Notes: generated from the sequence alone by a model not told the origin. 64,000 bases of DNA from Candidatus Woesebacteria bacterium (GCA_013374835.1 CP055307.1:10447-74446); one strand, 5' to 3'; positions 31,160 through 41,956 are shown, counted from the first letter of the stretch. Numbers and translations: made by a program.

Positions 31160-33507
31160 TTATGGCGCCACTTCTTTCCATCTAATTTTCTTTTTGTTTA
31201 AAGTTCTGGGGTAATTCCAGAGTATTTCAGGGGAGTATGTGAAGGATTCTGCAGGGGTATTTACATTTCCCTCTCTAAGATCCCTTTTAAGTGAAACACT
31301 CTGGGCATATACAGATCCGCGTATTTTTAGGGGTGAATCAGGATTTGGGTAGGAGGAGGCTGTTTCAAACTCACCCTGGGTGTAGAAAACCCCCTCAAGA
31401 GCATATTCATTTGCTGGGCTTGTTACTGATGGGATTACTGTGGTATTTCCACCTACTATTGCCATGAAGAAGTCTTGGGAAGGATTTGCCAGAGTTATCC
31501 TTCCTGCTATTGTTAGATTCCCCTCTACCATAAGGACTACCTTTCTTCCACCTGATATTGTTATGTTTCCGTTTATTGTTAAGTTTCCATTTCTTTGTAC
31601 CATTCGTATCCTTCAGCGTCTGATCTTGCTCCAGAGAGGTTTGAGATGGCTGAACTGCTTATGGAGGTTACTAAAATGCGGGTTGGAATCAATGTTTGGA
31701 AAAGACGGTAGGAATAGTCTGTTTTTATATTTGAAATTGAATTTGCAAGCCAGAGGGTTTCTGAGACAATCCCCCTTGAATCTGCCTGTGCTGAGAAGTC
31801 TGCTCTTCTTCCTCCATAGATACCAACACCTGGTGTACCCCCAGAACCAGTTAGAATGAACACTGGGTTGCAAGCTGGGGGTGTACATGTTGGCGGTATG
31901 GGTGAGTCAAGATCCCCTGTGCCTGATATTACATCTCCTTCTTTTGCTTGTATCCATGGGTCTGGGGCTTGTATGTTTAGGGTTGATGTATCCTGACAGC
32001 GGACTACTCCATACATAACCCCCTCCCCTATTATTCTTGTGTTTCCTATTGAAAGGGCTGTTATGTCTGATCTAAAAGGCTGGGATGTATCAGGGGATGT
32101 AGCACTAGCTAAGGATGGGTTTTCAATTCTAAATCTTACTTCTGAGACAGTGCCGTTTGTTCCGTTTGCTATGGCTGCTATTTCCCTTTGTTCACCTATA
32201 ACCATATTTAAAGGATCTGGAAGAAGGTTAAGAGTACAGCTTGGGGCTGAAACAGTAAAGGATGCTGTATCTGAGCAGGTTGGACTGCCATTAACATATA
32301 CTGTTCCTGTTATTGTTACAGTTCCTGGGGAAATGGCGGTAATTCTGGTATTAAAAGGAAAGGAAAAATCAGGTGAAACCACATTTGCTATTGAGCTGTT
32401 GCTGGAGGAAAAAGAAACAAAAGAAACTGATCCGTTTCTAACGCTTATTGAAGCATTTAAAGTAGCACTCTGACCGATATTTGTTGTCATAGATCTTGGA
32501 TTAAGGGAGATGCTGCAGCTTGGAGGAGGTGGTGGTGTGGGACGAGGTGTGGGAACAGGTGGCACAGGTGTTGAGCCAGGGCGGGGTGTGGGTGTTGATG
32601 GTGCTGGTGTTGAGCCAGGGCGAGGAGTTGGGGTTCTGGGGGGAGTTGTTGGAGCAAATGTTGGTGTTACAGATGAATCTGTTATTGTAATTAATGCACT
32701 TGAATGGCAGCGCTCTACTCCATTTACCAAGCCTCTTGCATATATTCTTGTTTGTCCTGCTGATACTGGTCTGAAATACATATAATAGTAAGGCCCACTT
32801 GTTGAAGGATTTATTATTGGTCCACCCCAGGGAGCATTTCTAATCCTTACTACATTTGTATCATTAACTGTCCAGAGAACTTTAAAATCTGCTTCTGGAG
32901 GATTAAATTGAAGGTAGCAGTTATTAACCTTTATTCTACTGCAATCAGGGAGAATCCCTCTTCTGAAGTATGCTGTTGAGATGTCAAATGTTCCACTGTC
33001 AACTCTTCCCAAAAGACACCACTGGGGGGCTGAACCACCTCCACTGGGTGCACACCTTGCTGGATCCCATACACAATTTCCTTCCCAAAGGACACATTCT
33101 GAAGTGGGATGACCACAGCTACTACAAGAGCCACAGCCACCACTTCCACCTGGAGCAGTGGTTGGAGTGGGGGTTGACCCACCTCCTCCACCACCAGTTG
33201 TGTAGCAACCGTCAGTCGATCGAACTGTTGAATCACTAATCACACATCCAGAAGGACCAGCAGAACAATAATAATCAACTCTCCTTATTAATCCCCTACA
33301 GTCATAGCCATCAAAAGCACAGCTAACAGATGCTATTCTTGGTCTACCGACACACTGGTATGAACCGGGATCGCCTTCACAACTATATGCAGTATATGTT
33401 GTTGATGCTGTTCCACTGCATGTTTGTGCATTAACTGATTTATTTGTTAGAAAAAAAAGAAAAAATACGCCAAAGATTAAAAGAGCTGTTTTTAAGTGCT
33501 TAGTCAT
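31160..33507 (-). pseudogene. Large secreted Cys-rich/Ig-like surface protein, split by a 1-nt frameshift near 31595 (ORFs 31579-33507 and 31160-31603)
   Basis: Signal peptide, Cys-rich N-terminus, PTPRPGSTP repeats, two Ig-like repeats. Adding one A at TAC AAA GAA joins ...EWYK to RNGNLTING...WKEVAP. It may be an intact gene with a sequencing error. Confidence 0.7.
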
Positions 33508-33973
33508 ATTTATGGATTACAATATTTATTCTGCCATAGCCTTCTTTTCCCACCTTTGGATCAATATTTATGTTTTCGTCAAAAAACAGAACTGTTACCG
33601 GTGTATTTCTCTGAAAGCTTTGGTAAAGCTCCGAAGACTCAAATATTCTCCACAAAAATTCGCTTTGTCTTTCGTCGGTATTTAAAGTAATCATTGTGGA
33701 ACTTGGATCAAAAAAAATTTTTGTTCTTGAATCTTCAGCACTTGCCAGAGTTAATTCTGCTTGATCCTTATTCAAACTAAAACCACTAACTACCCCGGTA
33801 AATACGCTTTTACCCAAAGTATTATTAAAAACCAACCCATAAATCATCTTTTCTCCTTTGTAATAAACGCTTGGAAAACCAAGCTTCCTGTTCTGATACT
33901 CAAGTAACACAAACAAAAAAACAAAAACCATAATAAAAAGAAGAGCCACAACAGCAAAAAGTATCTTTTTCAT
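33500..33973 (-). CDS. Hypothetical single-TM protein, overlapping the start of the surface protein gene
   Basis: 157-aa ORF with N-terminal hydrophobic helix; 8-nt overlap with the next gene. Confidence 0.65.
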   Translation of the reverse strand: MKKILFAVVALLFIMVFVFLFVLLEYQNRKLGFPSVYYKGEKMIYGLVFNNTLGKSVFTGVVSGFSLNKDQAELTLASAEDSRTKIFFDPSSTMITLNTDERQSEFLWRIFESSELYQSFQRNTPVTVLFFDENINIDPKVGKEGYGRINIVIHKYD

Positions 33974-34042
33974 ACCAACGCTCCCAGATAATTCACTTTA
34001 ACATAGCGCAAGAAGTTAACTCAAGCGTTGGTATATAATCAA

Positions 34043-35944
34043 TTATCTTCTTATATTCAGTGAATGGCTTATGCCAATATAGTAGATGTTATCTTTATTA
34101 AGAGACGCATCCCCTAAACCAATTGCTAAGCTTCTAAACTGATTATTGTACTCTTTTACTGAATAAGCTATTTGATCTGTTAACTTAACTAAACTTACAC
34201 GATTATTAACAATATCAACAAGCTGACCCAAATATTCCTCCCACGAATCCAAATAAAACGATATCCACGGCGATATTTTGGTACCAGGAATTAATTTCGG
34301 CAACACATACGTTTGAGTGTCTCGATCAACATCCACCCTGCCTCCCGAGATAATTTTCTCTTTTGGTATCGACACTGCAATTAAATAATCTTTACCGCTA
34401 TCCTTGTGGCGCGCAAGCATTAGGATGTCAATAACTTCAAGCTCACCTCCAAAATTAGCTTCTTCTATGATTTGATTTGTTTCAGGATCCCTAAGAAAAA
34501 GTCCTGTTATTACCCTCTCCCCCAAAAAACCAACAAAGGCACCATCGGGTGAAATTGAAATGTCTTTATAATACGAGTAGTTTTCAGACTTAAAAAGACT
34601 AACACCATCATGATAACCATCTGATTTAATCTGATAACTCTTTCCATCTACCACTATACTTCCTGAAATCACATTACGATCAACTCCAGAATAATACACC
34701 TTTGTATCTGGAGTTACAGCATATTCCCCCTGCCAAGGTCTTCCAAGATATTCTCCGTTGGTTCCAAATATTTCATTTGAATAGCCTAAAAATATTTCCT
34801 CCGACTCCCTAAAATAGTTAAAGCTATTAATATTTGGACCTACTGCTACTTTTCTTAAGGGGATATTTCCCTGAAACAGAGAGTAAGCAACCCAGGCGTA
34901 TTCTACCTGATCTTCTGGTGTGGGAGTTTCTACAAGGATCCATGTATAGCCTTCATTTGACACCTCTATCATTTCATCTTCGTTTATAATTGCCCCTAAA
35001 AGGTCTAAATTATCAGGTATTCCCTCAGGGTTGGGGATCACAACTTTATCGTTTATCTGCCCCAAGATTTGAGAGGTGGTATTTGGCTCTTTTCTTAAAT
35101 TTACATTTGCTCCTTGTGAGAAGGTTCTGAGTGTAAGAAAGTATGCAGCTTCCTTAGTAATTATTTGTGATATGTTTCCATCTTTGTCTACCTCCACAGG
35201 GATGAGTGATCCATTGGCTGGGAATTCAAAGGATCTGTTTTCATTTATGTATCCACATCTTGTCAGAGCTTTTAGTAGATCCTCCTTGAGTGTATCGTCT
35301 AATTTTGCAATGACTATTTTTGATCCTTCCTCCGCTGGATTAATCCAATGAAGGTCTCCTTCACTTCCATAAAATATTACTCCACCACTTTTATATTCTA
35401 CTTCATTCCAAGTAAAATCATTTTGTGCTTCAAGTACAACTGAAACTTTTTTGATTTCAGAATCTTTGTTTGTTTGGGTAAGAAGCTTTATGGACAGTTC
35501 TCCACCCCAGTTTTTTGCTTCTTCCTGCAAAAAAAGAACTCTTTCAAAACTTTGGGAAAGATCTGGATTGGTGATATTTTGAAGTTTTTCCATCTTTTCC
35601 GGATCAAGAGATACTGCCATCAGGGTGTCTGGAGCTTTCCTTGTTACTATCTCTGAGACAAGTCTTGATTCTTCATCCTCAAGGCTGATTGATGGTATTT
35701 CAGGAAGAAATTCTTTTTGAATTTGATTTTCTTTTGTTTCAAAGTCTGGAATAACTACATCACCCATTTGAGAAGCTCTAAACTCATCTACTGAACCTAT
35801 GTTTTGTGTGTGGGAATTTAATGAATTTGGATATGACTTTTGGGGATTTTTTTGATATTTTTCAGAAATAGGTCCAAGTGTTGAAGAAGAAAAAAATACA
35901 CCTGTAAAAAGAGCATCCACAGTCCCTTTAAACCTATCTTTCAT
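34043..35944 (-). CDS. SH3b-domain ORFan protein, paralogue a
   Basis: NVNLRKEPNTTSQILG...WILV...AWV is bacterial-SH3-like; homologous to 36396-38312 and 39490-41433. Confidence 0.7.
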   Translation of the reverse strand: MKDRFKGTVDALFTGVFFSSSTLGPISEKYQKNPQKSYPNSLNSHTQNIGSVDEFRASQMGDVVIPDFETKENQIQKEFLPEIPSISLEDEESRLVSEIVTRKAPDTLMAVSLDPEKMEKLQNITNPDLSQSFERVLFLQEEAKNWGGELSIKLLTQTNKDSEIKKVSVVLEAQNDFTWNEVEYKSGGVIFYGSEGDLHWINPAEEGSKIVIAKLDDTLKEDLLKALTRCGYINENRSFEFPANGSLIPVEVDKDGNISQIITKEAAYFLTLRTFSQGANVNLRKEPNTTSQILGQINDKVVIPNPEGIPDNLDLLGAIINEDEMIEVSNEGYTWILVETPTPEDQVEYAWVAYSLFQGNIPLRKVAVGPNINSFNYFRESEEIFLGYSNEIFGTNGEYLGRPWQGEYAVTPDTKVYYSGVDRNVISGSIVVDGKSYQIKSDGYHDGVSLFKSENYSYYKDISISPDGAFVGFLGERVITGLFLRDPETNQIIEEANFGGELEVIDILMLARHKDSGKDYLIAVSIPKEKIISGGRVDVDRDTQTYVLPKLIPGTKISPWISFYLDSWEEYLGQLVDIVNNRVSLVKLTDQIAYSVKEYNNQFRSLAIGLGDASLNKDNIYYIGISHSLNIRR

Positions 35945-36048
35945 ATTATCCTATAATACCATAAATGGGTAGGATTTCCAGTATGAACATTCTTAACCGA
36001 AGCTCTACTTGGCCTTAATTCAAAACCCACTTTAATTATTATACTACA
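35942..36048 (-). repeat. ~110-bp repeat upstream of the SH3 genes, copy 1
   Basis: CATATTATCCTATAAT...AAAACCCACTTTAATTATTATACTACA, shared with 38310-38418 and 41431-41571. Confidence 0.9.
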
Positions 36049-36350
36049 GTGGCAGGATTGCTTATTCTGCAGGAACCGGTCCAGTAATCACAGCCACTGG
36101 TATTGGGCATAATATTACAATCCGGATATACTCCACAACCTCTGTTTTGAGAGCCTTTGCAGTTATAATATTGGTGCGTAACCTCGTTATAGTCACAATT
36201 CCAATAACATGTAAATCCAGAACCTGTACATGTTTGAGCATTGATATCTTGGGGTATCAAAAAAAATACTAATAAAAAATAAAAAGAAAGAAGTGTGAAT
36301 AATAAAAATGTAATGTTAGTTTTCTTATCAACAAAAAGATAAGATGTCAT
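36039..36350 (-). pseudogene. Truncated Cys-rich N-terminal cassette 1 of the surface-protein family
   Basis: Signal peptide + AQTCTG...SQNRGCGVYPDCNIMPNTSGCDYWTGSCRISNP; ends exactly where repeat copy 1 begins. Confidence 0.7.
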
Positions 36351-36395
36351 AATTATAATAATATTAAACTACTGAAGCTAAAAAAAGCAATGCTG

Positions 36396-38312
36396 TTAGC
36401 CAATAAGAACAAGATGTCGTTCACGGATCATTTTTGATTTTGTTCCTGCTGGGGTTACTACCTCTTGTTCATCTCCGATTACATTCTTTACTACGCTTTC
36501 TATCTCATTAACAAACCCTCCGACAACCGGCTTAAGTTTTACAAGTTCACCTCCATAACCTAAGCTATAAGCCATAAAAATGAAGAGTACATCCTCTGAA
36601 AGATAACTTTGAATCAATAAATTGCCATAATCATTCCGATTACTTGGTATTTCATATAATATTCTGCCCAACACATAATTTTGTTTCTTTTCAGGCTTAT
36701 AGCCATTTGCCACAGTATTATAACCCCAAGTAATTGTTTTATAAACATCCGCGGTCATATCCGAAGCTATTTGAATAAATAATCTATTGTTAGGATTTCC
36801 CATCCTAAATCTAGGGTGATCTTTAAAGGTGTCAATTATCCTGTTTATTAACTCCTCATCGTGATTGAATCTAGATCTTGACAAATCCTCCTGCCCCCTT
36901 AGGGTTCTATTTGCAAGATGAGTTGGATTTCCCTCTAGTCTCGCGTTTATTCCAAGCTCTGGAATAATAAGTGTATCAAGCGTTGTAACCCAACCGCTTT
37001 CAACATTTTGCCCCATCCCAGGCCTCCAAACAAATACTTTTCCATCCATGATCTTTACATATCCCCTTAGTTCATGGGAGTATTTTCCCTCTGCTTCATC
37101 TATTACTTCTTGGGGTGTATATTCTGTAACAGTTTCTTTTGTTCTCCTGTATTCTTCTTCTGTTATTCCGTATCTCTCCCATGGAGCTTCACCTGAATCA
37201 AAGTAGTATATTTCTTCTAAGGTTTTGAATCTTTTTTCATCAAGATTGTCAATTTTTATCCCCAAAACTTGAAATTCTCTTTTTAGTGTTATCAGGTTTC
37301 CTGCGGTCCAGCCTATTTTTCCATCTTTTGTCATTACCATTACCCACTCATTTACGCCCACTTTTTTGACTAACATCCTATTTTCTTCATCTTCTACTAC
37401 ACCATCTTCTCTTAAGGCAGGTGGTACTAAAGTGGGATCAACAATTATATTATTGTCTATTGAATTTTCTAATATGTTCTCATTTGTTGTTGTATCTGGG
37501 GTTTTTCTTATCCTTACTCCCTGGGTTCCTTGATACATTTGGCTCACAAAGTAAAAGCTTGCGTCTTTTGTTCTGACTTGTATGAGTTGCCCTTGCAAGT
37601 CTGTCTCTAAAACAACCCAACTACCGAGTTCAGGGAGTTTTAGTGTGTGGTAGCGATTGTATCCGGCAAGATCAAAGCCCTGCTTTATTTTGTCTACCAA
37701 ATCCCGATCTAGCTTTGTTATTGAAATATTTGTTTCTATGCCAAGATGCTTTGAGGGAACTATTGCACGAGCAAGTCCTTCACGGTCTATGAAAATTTCT
37801 GAGTCTTTTTTGATACTTACCGGGTTTCCTTCGCTATCAAGCCATTCAAAATCATTTTCGGCTTTGAGCATTATCCCCACTTGTTGGTTCTTAATATATA
37901 CTGCATCCTGATTTACCTCGGATTCATAGATAATATTTAGGTTTAGATTGCCTCCAAAACTTTCTGCATCCTTAATGGCTTCAAGTGCTGCTTGTGTGTA
38001 AGCCCAGAGCTCACTTCCCTCTTCAAGTTTAATATCTGGTACTAAGATGCCGTCTTCGCTCTCACTAAGATTGACCTTTTGAATAATCAAGCCTTCTTTA
38101 TCCACCCCTGAAGTTTCTAAAATAGACTCTGCCTCGGATTTGCGGAGAGCATGTTTGTCTATTGAGAGCAAGTCGTGAGAGAGCTTTTCTTGCTGATCTA
38201 GAAATTCTGGTCTAAGGAAAACTGAAGCGGTAGCAGCAGCAATAAGTTTTAAAAATTCACGCCTAGTTAGGTTTGCGCCAAACTCCTTCTTGGCCAAATT
38301 GTCAGGAGTCAT
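36396..38312 (-). CDS. SH3b-domain ORFan protein, paralogue b (twin-arginine-like N-terminus)
   Basis: LTRREFLKL; VRIRKTPDT...WVMV..DGKIGW. Confidence 0.7.
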   Translation of the reverse strand: MTPDNLAKKEFGANLTRREFLKLIAAATASVFLRPEFLDQQEKLSHDLLSIDKHALRKSEAESILETSGVDKEGLIIQKVNLSESEDGILVPDIKLEEGSELWAYTQAALEAIKDAESFGGNLNLNIIYESEVNQDAVYIKNQQVGIMLKAENDFEWLDSEGNPVSIKKDSEIFIDREGLARAIVPSKHLGIETNISITKLDRDLVDKIKQGFDLAGYNRYHTLKLPELGSWVVLETDLQGQLIQVRTKDASFYFVSQMYQGTQGVRIRKTPDTTTNENILENSIDNNIIVDPTLVPPALREDGVVEDEENRMLVKKVGVNEWVMVMTKDGKIGWTAGNLITLKREFQVLGIKIDNLDEKRFKTLEEIYYFDSGEAPWERYGITEEEYRRTKETVTEYTPQEVIDEAEGKYSHELRGYVKIMDGKVFVWRPGMGQNVESGWVTTLDTLIIPELGINARLEGNPTHLANRTLRGQEDLSRSRFNHDEELINRIIDTFKDHPRFRMGNPNNRLFIQIASDMTADVYKTITWGYNTVANGYKPEKKQNYVLGRILYEIPSNRNDYGNLLIQSYLSEDVLFIFMAYSLGYGGELVKLKPVVGGFVNEIESVVKNVIGDEQEVVTPAGTKSKMIRERHLVLIG

Positions 38313-38418
38313 GTTATCCTATAATATCATAAAATGAATAAATTTTCCAGTTTGAAGATTCTTAACTGAAGCTCTACTTGGCCTTAATTCAAAACCCACT
38401 TTAATTATTATACTACAA
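38310..38418 (-). repeat. ~110-bp repeat upstream of the SH3 genes, copy 2
   Basis: Nearly identical to copy 1 over GAAGCTCTACTTGGCCTTAATTCAAAACCCACTTTAATTATTATACTACA. Confidence 0.9.
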
Positions 38419-38458
38419 GGTGGGGACAGCCCGTGGTGAGATGAATTATAAAAAGAAA

Positions 38459-38941
38459 TCAAGAGGAAACTGGCAGTTCAAACCAAAAACTGCTCCCCTT
38501 ACCCGGTTCGGATTCAACACCAATATTCCCTTTAAATTTCTCAATCAAAAGCTTTGAGATATAAAGCCCCAATCCACTGCCTATTGTCTTGCCGACTTTT
38601 GATTTAACTCTATAAAACTTGCTAAAAAGCTTTTTTTGCTCCTCCTTTGATATACCCATTCCAGTATCAATAACTTCAAGCCTTACTATTTTCGAACCTT
38701 TATTGAATAACTTTATGGTGATTCCACCCTCCTCTGTATATTTAGTAGCGTTGCTTAAGAAATTAATAACCACCTCATGGAGTCTATCACGATCAACACG
38801 TACACGGTCCCGCAAATCGCTTTGGACTTCTAATCTAAACTCAAGATTCTTTCTCTCCGCTTTTTCATTTCTAAGTTGACCTAAAATAGACTCTTTCTCC
38901 TCTAAAAACATCTCTTTGAACGATTCCTTTATTCCCCACAT
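38459..38941 (-). pseudogene. Orphan HATPase_c fragment of a sensor histidine kinase
   Basis: N box NFLSNATKYT, G1 DTGMGI, F box LFSKFYRV, G2 GSGLGL; no His-box or sensor domain. Confidence 0.75.
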
Positions 38942-39078
38942 AGTGGCGGTGTCATTAAAACTTATCTGATCAAACCTTGATTCAAGATTTTCAACTAATC
39001 TTGTGATGTATTTTTATAATCGGTTCTGTTTTTATATACAAAAATCAAAGGGCCAATGTTTCCGTTTTCTATATCTGA

Positions 39079-39468
39079 TCAAAGTCCAAAATATCTTTCT
39101 TTAATATATTTACTGCATGAACCGCAGCCGCCGCTTCCACCCGGAGATGTGGTAGGTGCGGCAGTGGGAGCTGCTGTTGGTGCGGGTGTAGGATTGCTTA
39201 TTCTGCAGGAACCGGTCCAGTAATCACACCCACTTGTATTGGGCATGATTCCACAATCAGGATATATTCCACATCCTCTATTTTGGGAGTTACAGTTTGT
39301 CCAACGACAAGTGTGGTCACAGACTTGTCTGCACCCAAAGTAGCAAATAAACCCCGGTCCTGTGCAAGATTGAGAGTAAACATTTTTAGGTTCAACATAA
39401 AATAACAAAAGCGCACAAGACATAAAAAACAAAGATAGGTATTTTTTCATCAAATCCGTCCTAAGCAC
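39079..39468 (-). pseudogene. Truncated Cys-rich N-terminal cassette 2 of the surface-protein family
   Basis: Shares the Cys core with cassette 1 and ends in PGGSGGCGSCS, matching the linker of the 31579-33507 protein. Confidence 0.75.
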
Positions 39469-39489
39469 AATATATCAAAGAATCAGAAG

Positions 39490-41433
39490 TTAATCTACAA
39501 TAACTAAACTTTTAGGTCGGACAGCATATGCATGCATCATTAAATCAAGATCGCCCAATACATTTGAGATATACCCTTCAATCTTTGAATTAAACCTGTA
39601 TTTTACCGGTTTTCCACCCCAAATAACATTTTTTGGATCGCCCAAATCACCAGTTAAAAATTGGTATGTTGAAATCATGATCATCTCGGAAAACGCAGTT
39701 TCTGCAATACCTTCTTTTTGGTTATCGTATTCTTCTTTTAATCCATAAAAAAGCCTTCCTGTTGCGAATTTATCAGTATAATATGCATCAATCTTAAAAG
39801 CTTCTAGCGCGTCTCCTAGGTTTGGAGTTAGTATAATAGGTTTATATATATCAACATCTTCATCTAATTCTGTTACTATCTGAAAAAATATTTTACTTCC
39901 CTCCCTAAATCTTGTGTTGCGATTAATCTTTCTGCTTTGATTTTCTAACAACTCTTTCTCAAAATTTAACATTTCTTCCTCCAAGAATCTTATATTATTA
40001 AGGTCTGCCAGTCCTTTCTGACTCTTTGAACGCTTACTCAACTCTATATCTCTACCTTCTAAGATTATCTCGAGCCAACCATCTTTTTTGTTATGGAATT
40101 TAAAACTTCCTAACTGCTTATACCATCCGTTCTTGCCTGCTCCTGGTCTCCAAACCATGACATCAGAGGTTTCTTCATCGATTTTTACATATCCCCTTAG
40201 TTCATGGGAGTATCTTCCCTCTGCTTCACTTATCACTTCTTGGGGTGTGTATTCATTTACAGTTGCCTTTGTTTCAAGGTATTCTTCTTCTGTTATCCCA
40301 TATCTTTCCCAGGGCTTATCTTCAAAATCAAAGTAATTTATTTCATCAATGCTTCTGAAAATTGACTCCCTTGGTATTTGAGGCCCGGCTGCTACATTTA
40401 CAGTATCTGGATTTTTTACATCTAAAGCACTCCAGCCATACCGTCCATCGCTGTACCGGACTAAGTACCATTTATATCCATTGGCTTGTGTTACAAAAAC
40501 TTTACTTTCTTTATATGTGTCTACAGAAACATTTCTGGGATCTACGTTTCCAGGTAACTCAGGAGGTAGTCCAGTGGGTGTAACTATTGATGTATTGGCA
40601 TCCAGGGTTTGTGTTATTATGTTTTGATTATTTGAAGTATTTGGTTCACTTCGAACATTAAGCTCAACCGGACCAACAAACACTCTCTTTGTTAAAAATA
40701 CAGCTTCTCCTTCGGTAATTATCTGGACAATATTTCCTTCTCCATCTAATTCCGCCATTATCCAAGAGCCGGCTCCTTCGGTTATTAGTTCTCCATATCC
40801 GAGTTCTTTGTATTTTGCTTTCAACTGGGAGTCTGTCTGTTCATTAAGTTTTATGGTTTTAATTTTTGATCCAGGGAGAAATCCGGATTCTTTGATGAAG
40901 TGTAAACTAAATTCTCCACCATCTTTCTCTCTTATGATAATGGGTTCGCCTGCCTTTACATCTCTTTCTCCCATCTTTAGATCGCTTTTTGCCCTCATTA
41001 TCACAGCTGCTTCTTTTGGAGGGTTTACCCCATCGTAATCAAAGAGTATTTCCAGCCCCATGTCGGCACCTTCTATACGCAGGTCGTTTATCCAACCCAG
41101 TGCATAATCAATCTGTTCTTTTAAGCCTTGGGTTTCAAACTGAATTTCGGGAGTTAAATACCCATTTAGATTTTCCTCGAGTTTAAGTTCTCTGAAAGTA
41201 AGCGCAGGCTCTATTGGCCTGTTATACTCAGGCTCTATCAATCTGGCGGCATCGGTATCTGTAAGATTAAATTTCTCAATCGATGCCTGAACTTGAATCT
41301 CGGATTGCCTTTCCTTTATCTCCAAACCTGGAAGCGCAGTCATAGTAAGTGCTGAAGCCGCACCCCATTCCAAGACTTGGCGCCTTGTTAGCTTTGTATC
41401 AAACACCTTCTCTACCAAATTATCAGGTGTCAT
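39490..41433 (-). CDS. SH3b-domain ORFan protein, paralogue c (twin-arginine-like N-terminus)
   Basis: LTRRQVLEW; LNVRSEPNTS...YKWYLVRYSDGRYGW. Confidence 0.7.
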   Translation of the reverse strand: MTPDNLVEKVFDTKLTRRQVLEWGAASALTMTALPGLEIKERQSEIQVQASIEKFNLTDTDAARLIEPEYNRPIEPALTFRELKLEENLNGYLTPEIQFETQGLKEQIDYALGWINDLRIEGADMGLEILFDYDGVNPPKEAAVIMRAKSDLKMGERDVKAGEPIIIREKDGGEFSLHFIKESGFLPGSKIKTIKLNEQTDSQLKAKYKELGYGELITEGAGSWIMAELDGEGNIVQIITEGEAVFLTKRVFVGPVELNVRSEPNTSNNQNIITQTLDANTSIVTPTGLPPELPGNVDPRNVSVDTYKESKVFVTQANGYKWYLVRYSDGRYGWSALDVKNPDTVNVAAGPQIPRESIFRSIDEINYFDFEDKPWERYGITEEEYLETKATVNEYTPQEVISEAEGRYSHELRGYVKIDEETSDVMVWRPGAGKNGWYKQLGSFKFHNKKDGWLEIILEGRDIELSKRSKSQKGLADLNNIRFLEEEMLNFEKELLENQSRKINRNTRFREGSKIFFQIVTELDEDVDIYKPIILTPNLGDALEAFKIDAYYTDKFATGRLFYGLKEEYDNQKEGIAETAFSEMIMISTYQFLTGDLGDPKNVIWGGKPVKYRFNSKIEGYISNVLGDLDLMMHAYAVRPKSLVIVD

Positions 41434-41571
41434 ATTATCCTATAATATCATAAAATGAATAAATTTTACAGTATGAAGTTTTCTTTGAGGTGAGCCTTCC
41501 CTCCCCCGATTAAAACGGGGCTTGACGAAGCATCTATATAATCCAAAACCCACTTTAGTTATTATACTACA
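41431..41571 (-). repeat. Repeat upstream of the SH3 genes, copy 3 (with a ~40-bp hairpin-containing insert)
   Basis: Same two ends as copies 1 and 2; extra segment contains CCCCGATTAAAACGGGG. Confidence 0.85.
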
Positions 41572-41584
41572 AGGTGAGAAGGGA

Positions 41585-41956
41585 TTAATTAACTTTTTGT
41601 TTTTTGTAATAATTTATAATTTCCTGAAACAATTCTTTGTAATATCCTGTTTTCTCCTTATAATTAAATATCAATTCTGCTCCAGCATACATAGCTTTCC
41701 CTAAACTTTTATCTTTTTCTTCAATATCCCTAAGCCACCATATTTCTCCATTAAAAGTAAGGTATTCACATATTGCAGAAAATTCTTGAATAGAAATCTT
41801 TTTTTCTAGGAAATCTTCAACTGCCAGTAAAAATACTTTTTTAATGTCTTCCATTTTAAACCTGTTCCAAAAAAATTTGGGTTTTATTCCGAAACTTCTT
41901 TGATATTTATGAATAATATCGCTTACGTCTGGAAGTTTGTTGTTTTTATAATTCAT
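41585..41956 (-). CDS. Hypothetical AT-rich helical protein (possible immunity-like partner)
   Basis: 123-aa ORF directly after peptide A; FLLAVEDFLEKKISIQEF segment. Confidence 0.6.
   Translation of the reverse strand: MNYKNNKLPDVSDIIHKYQRSFGIKPKFFWNRFKMEDIKKVFLLAVEDFLEKKISIQEFSAICEYLTFNGEIWWLRDIEEKDKSLGKAMYAGAELIFNYKEKTGYYKELFQEIINYYKKQKVN

Noticed and set aside
38459-38941. Functional two-component system
   Set aside because: Only the ATPase domain remains; there is no phospho-accepting His, sensor or response regulator.
36396-41433. Tat-dependent export of the SH3 paralogues
   Set aside because: RR motifs are present in two paralogues, but no tat genes are in the window and the third paralogue lacks the motif.
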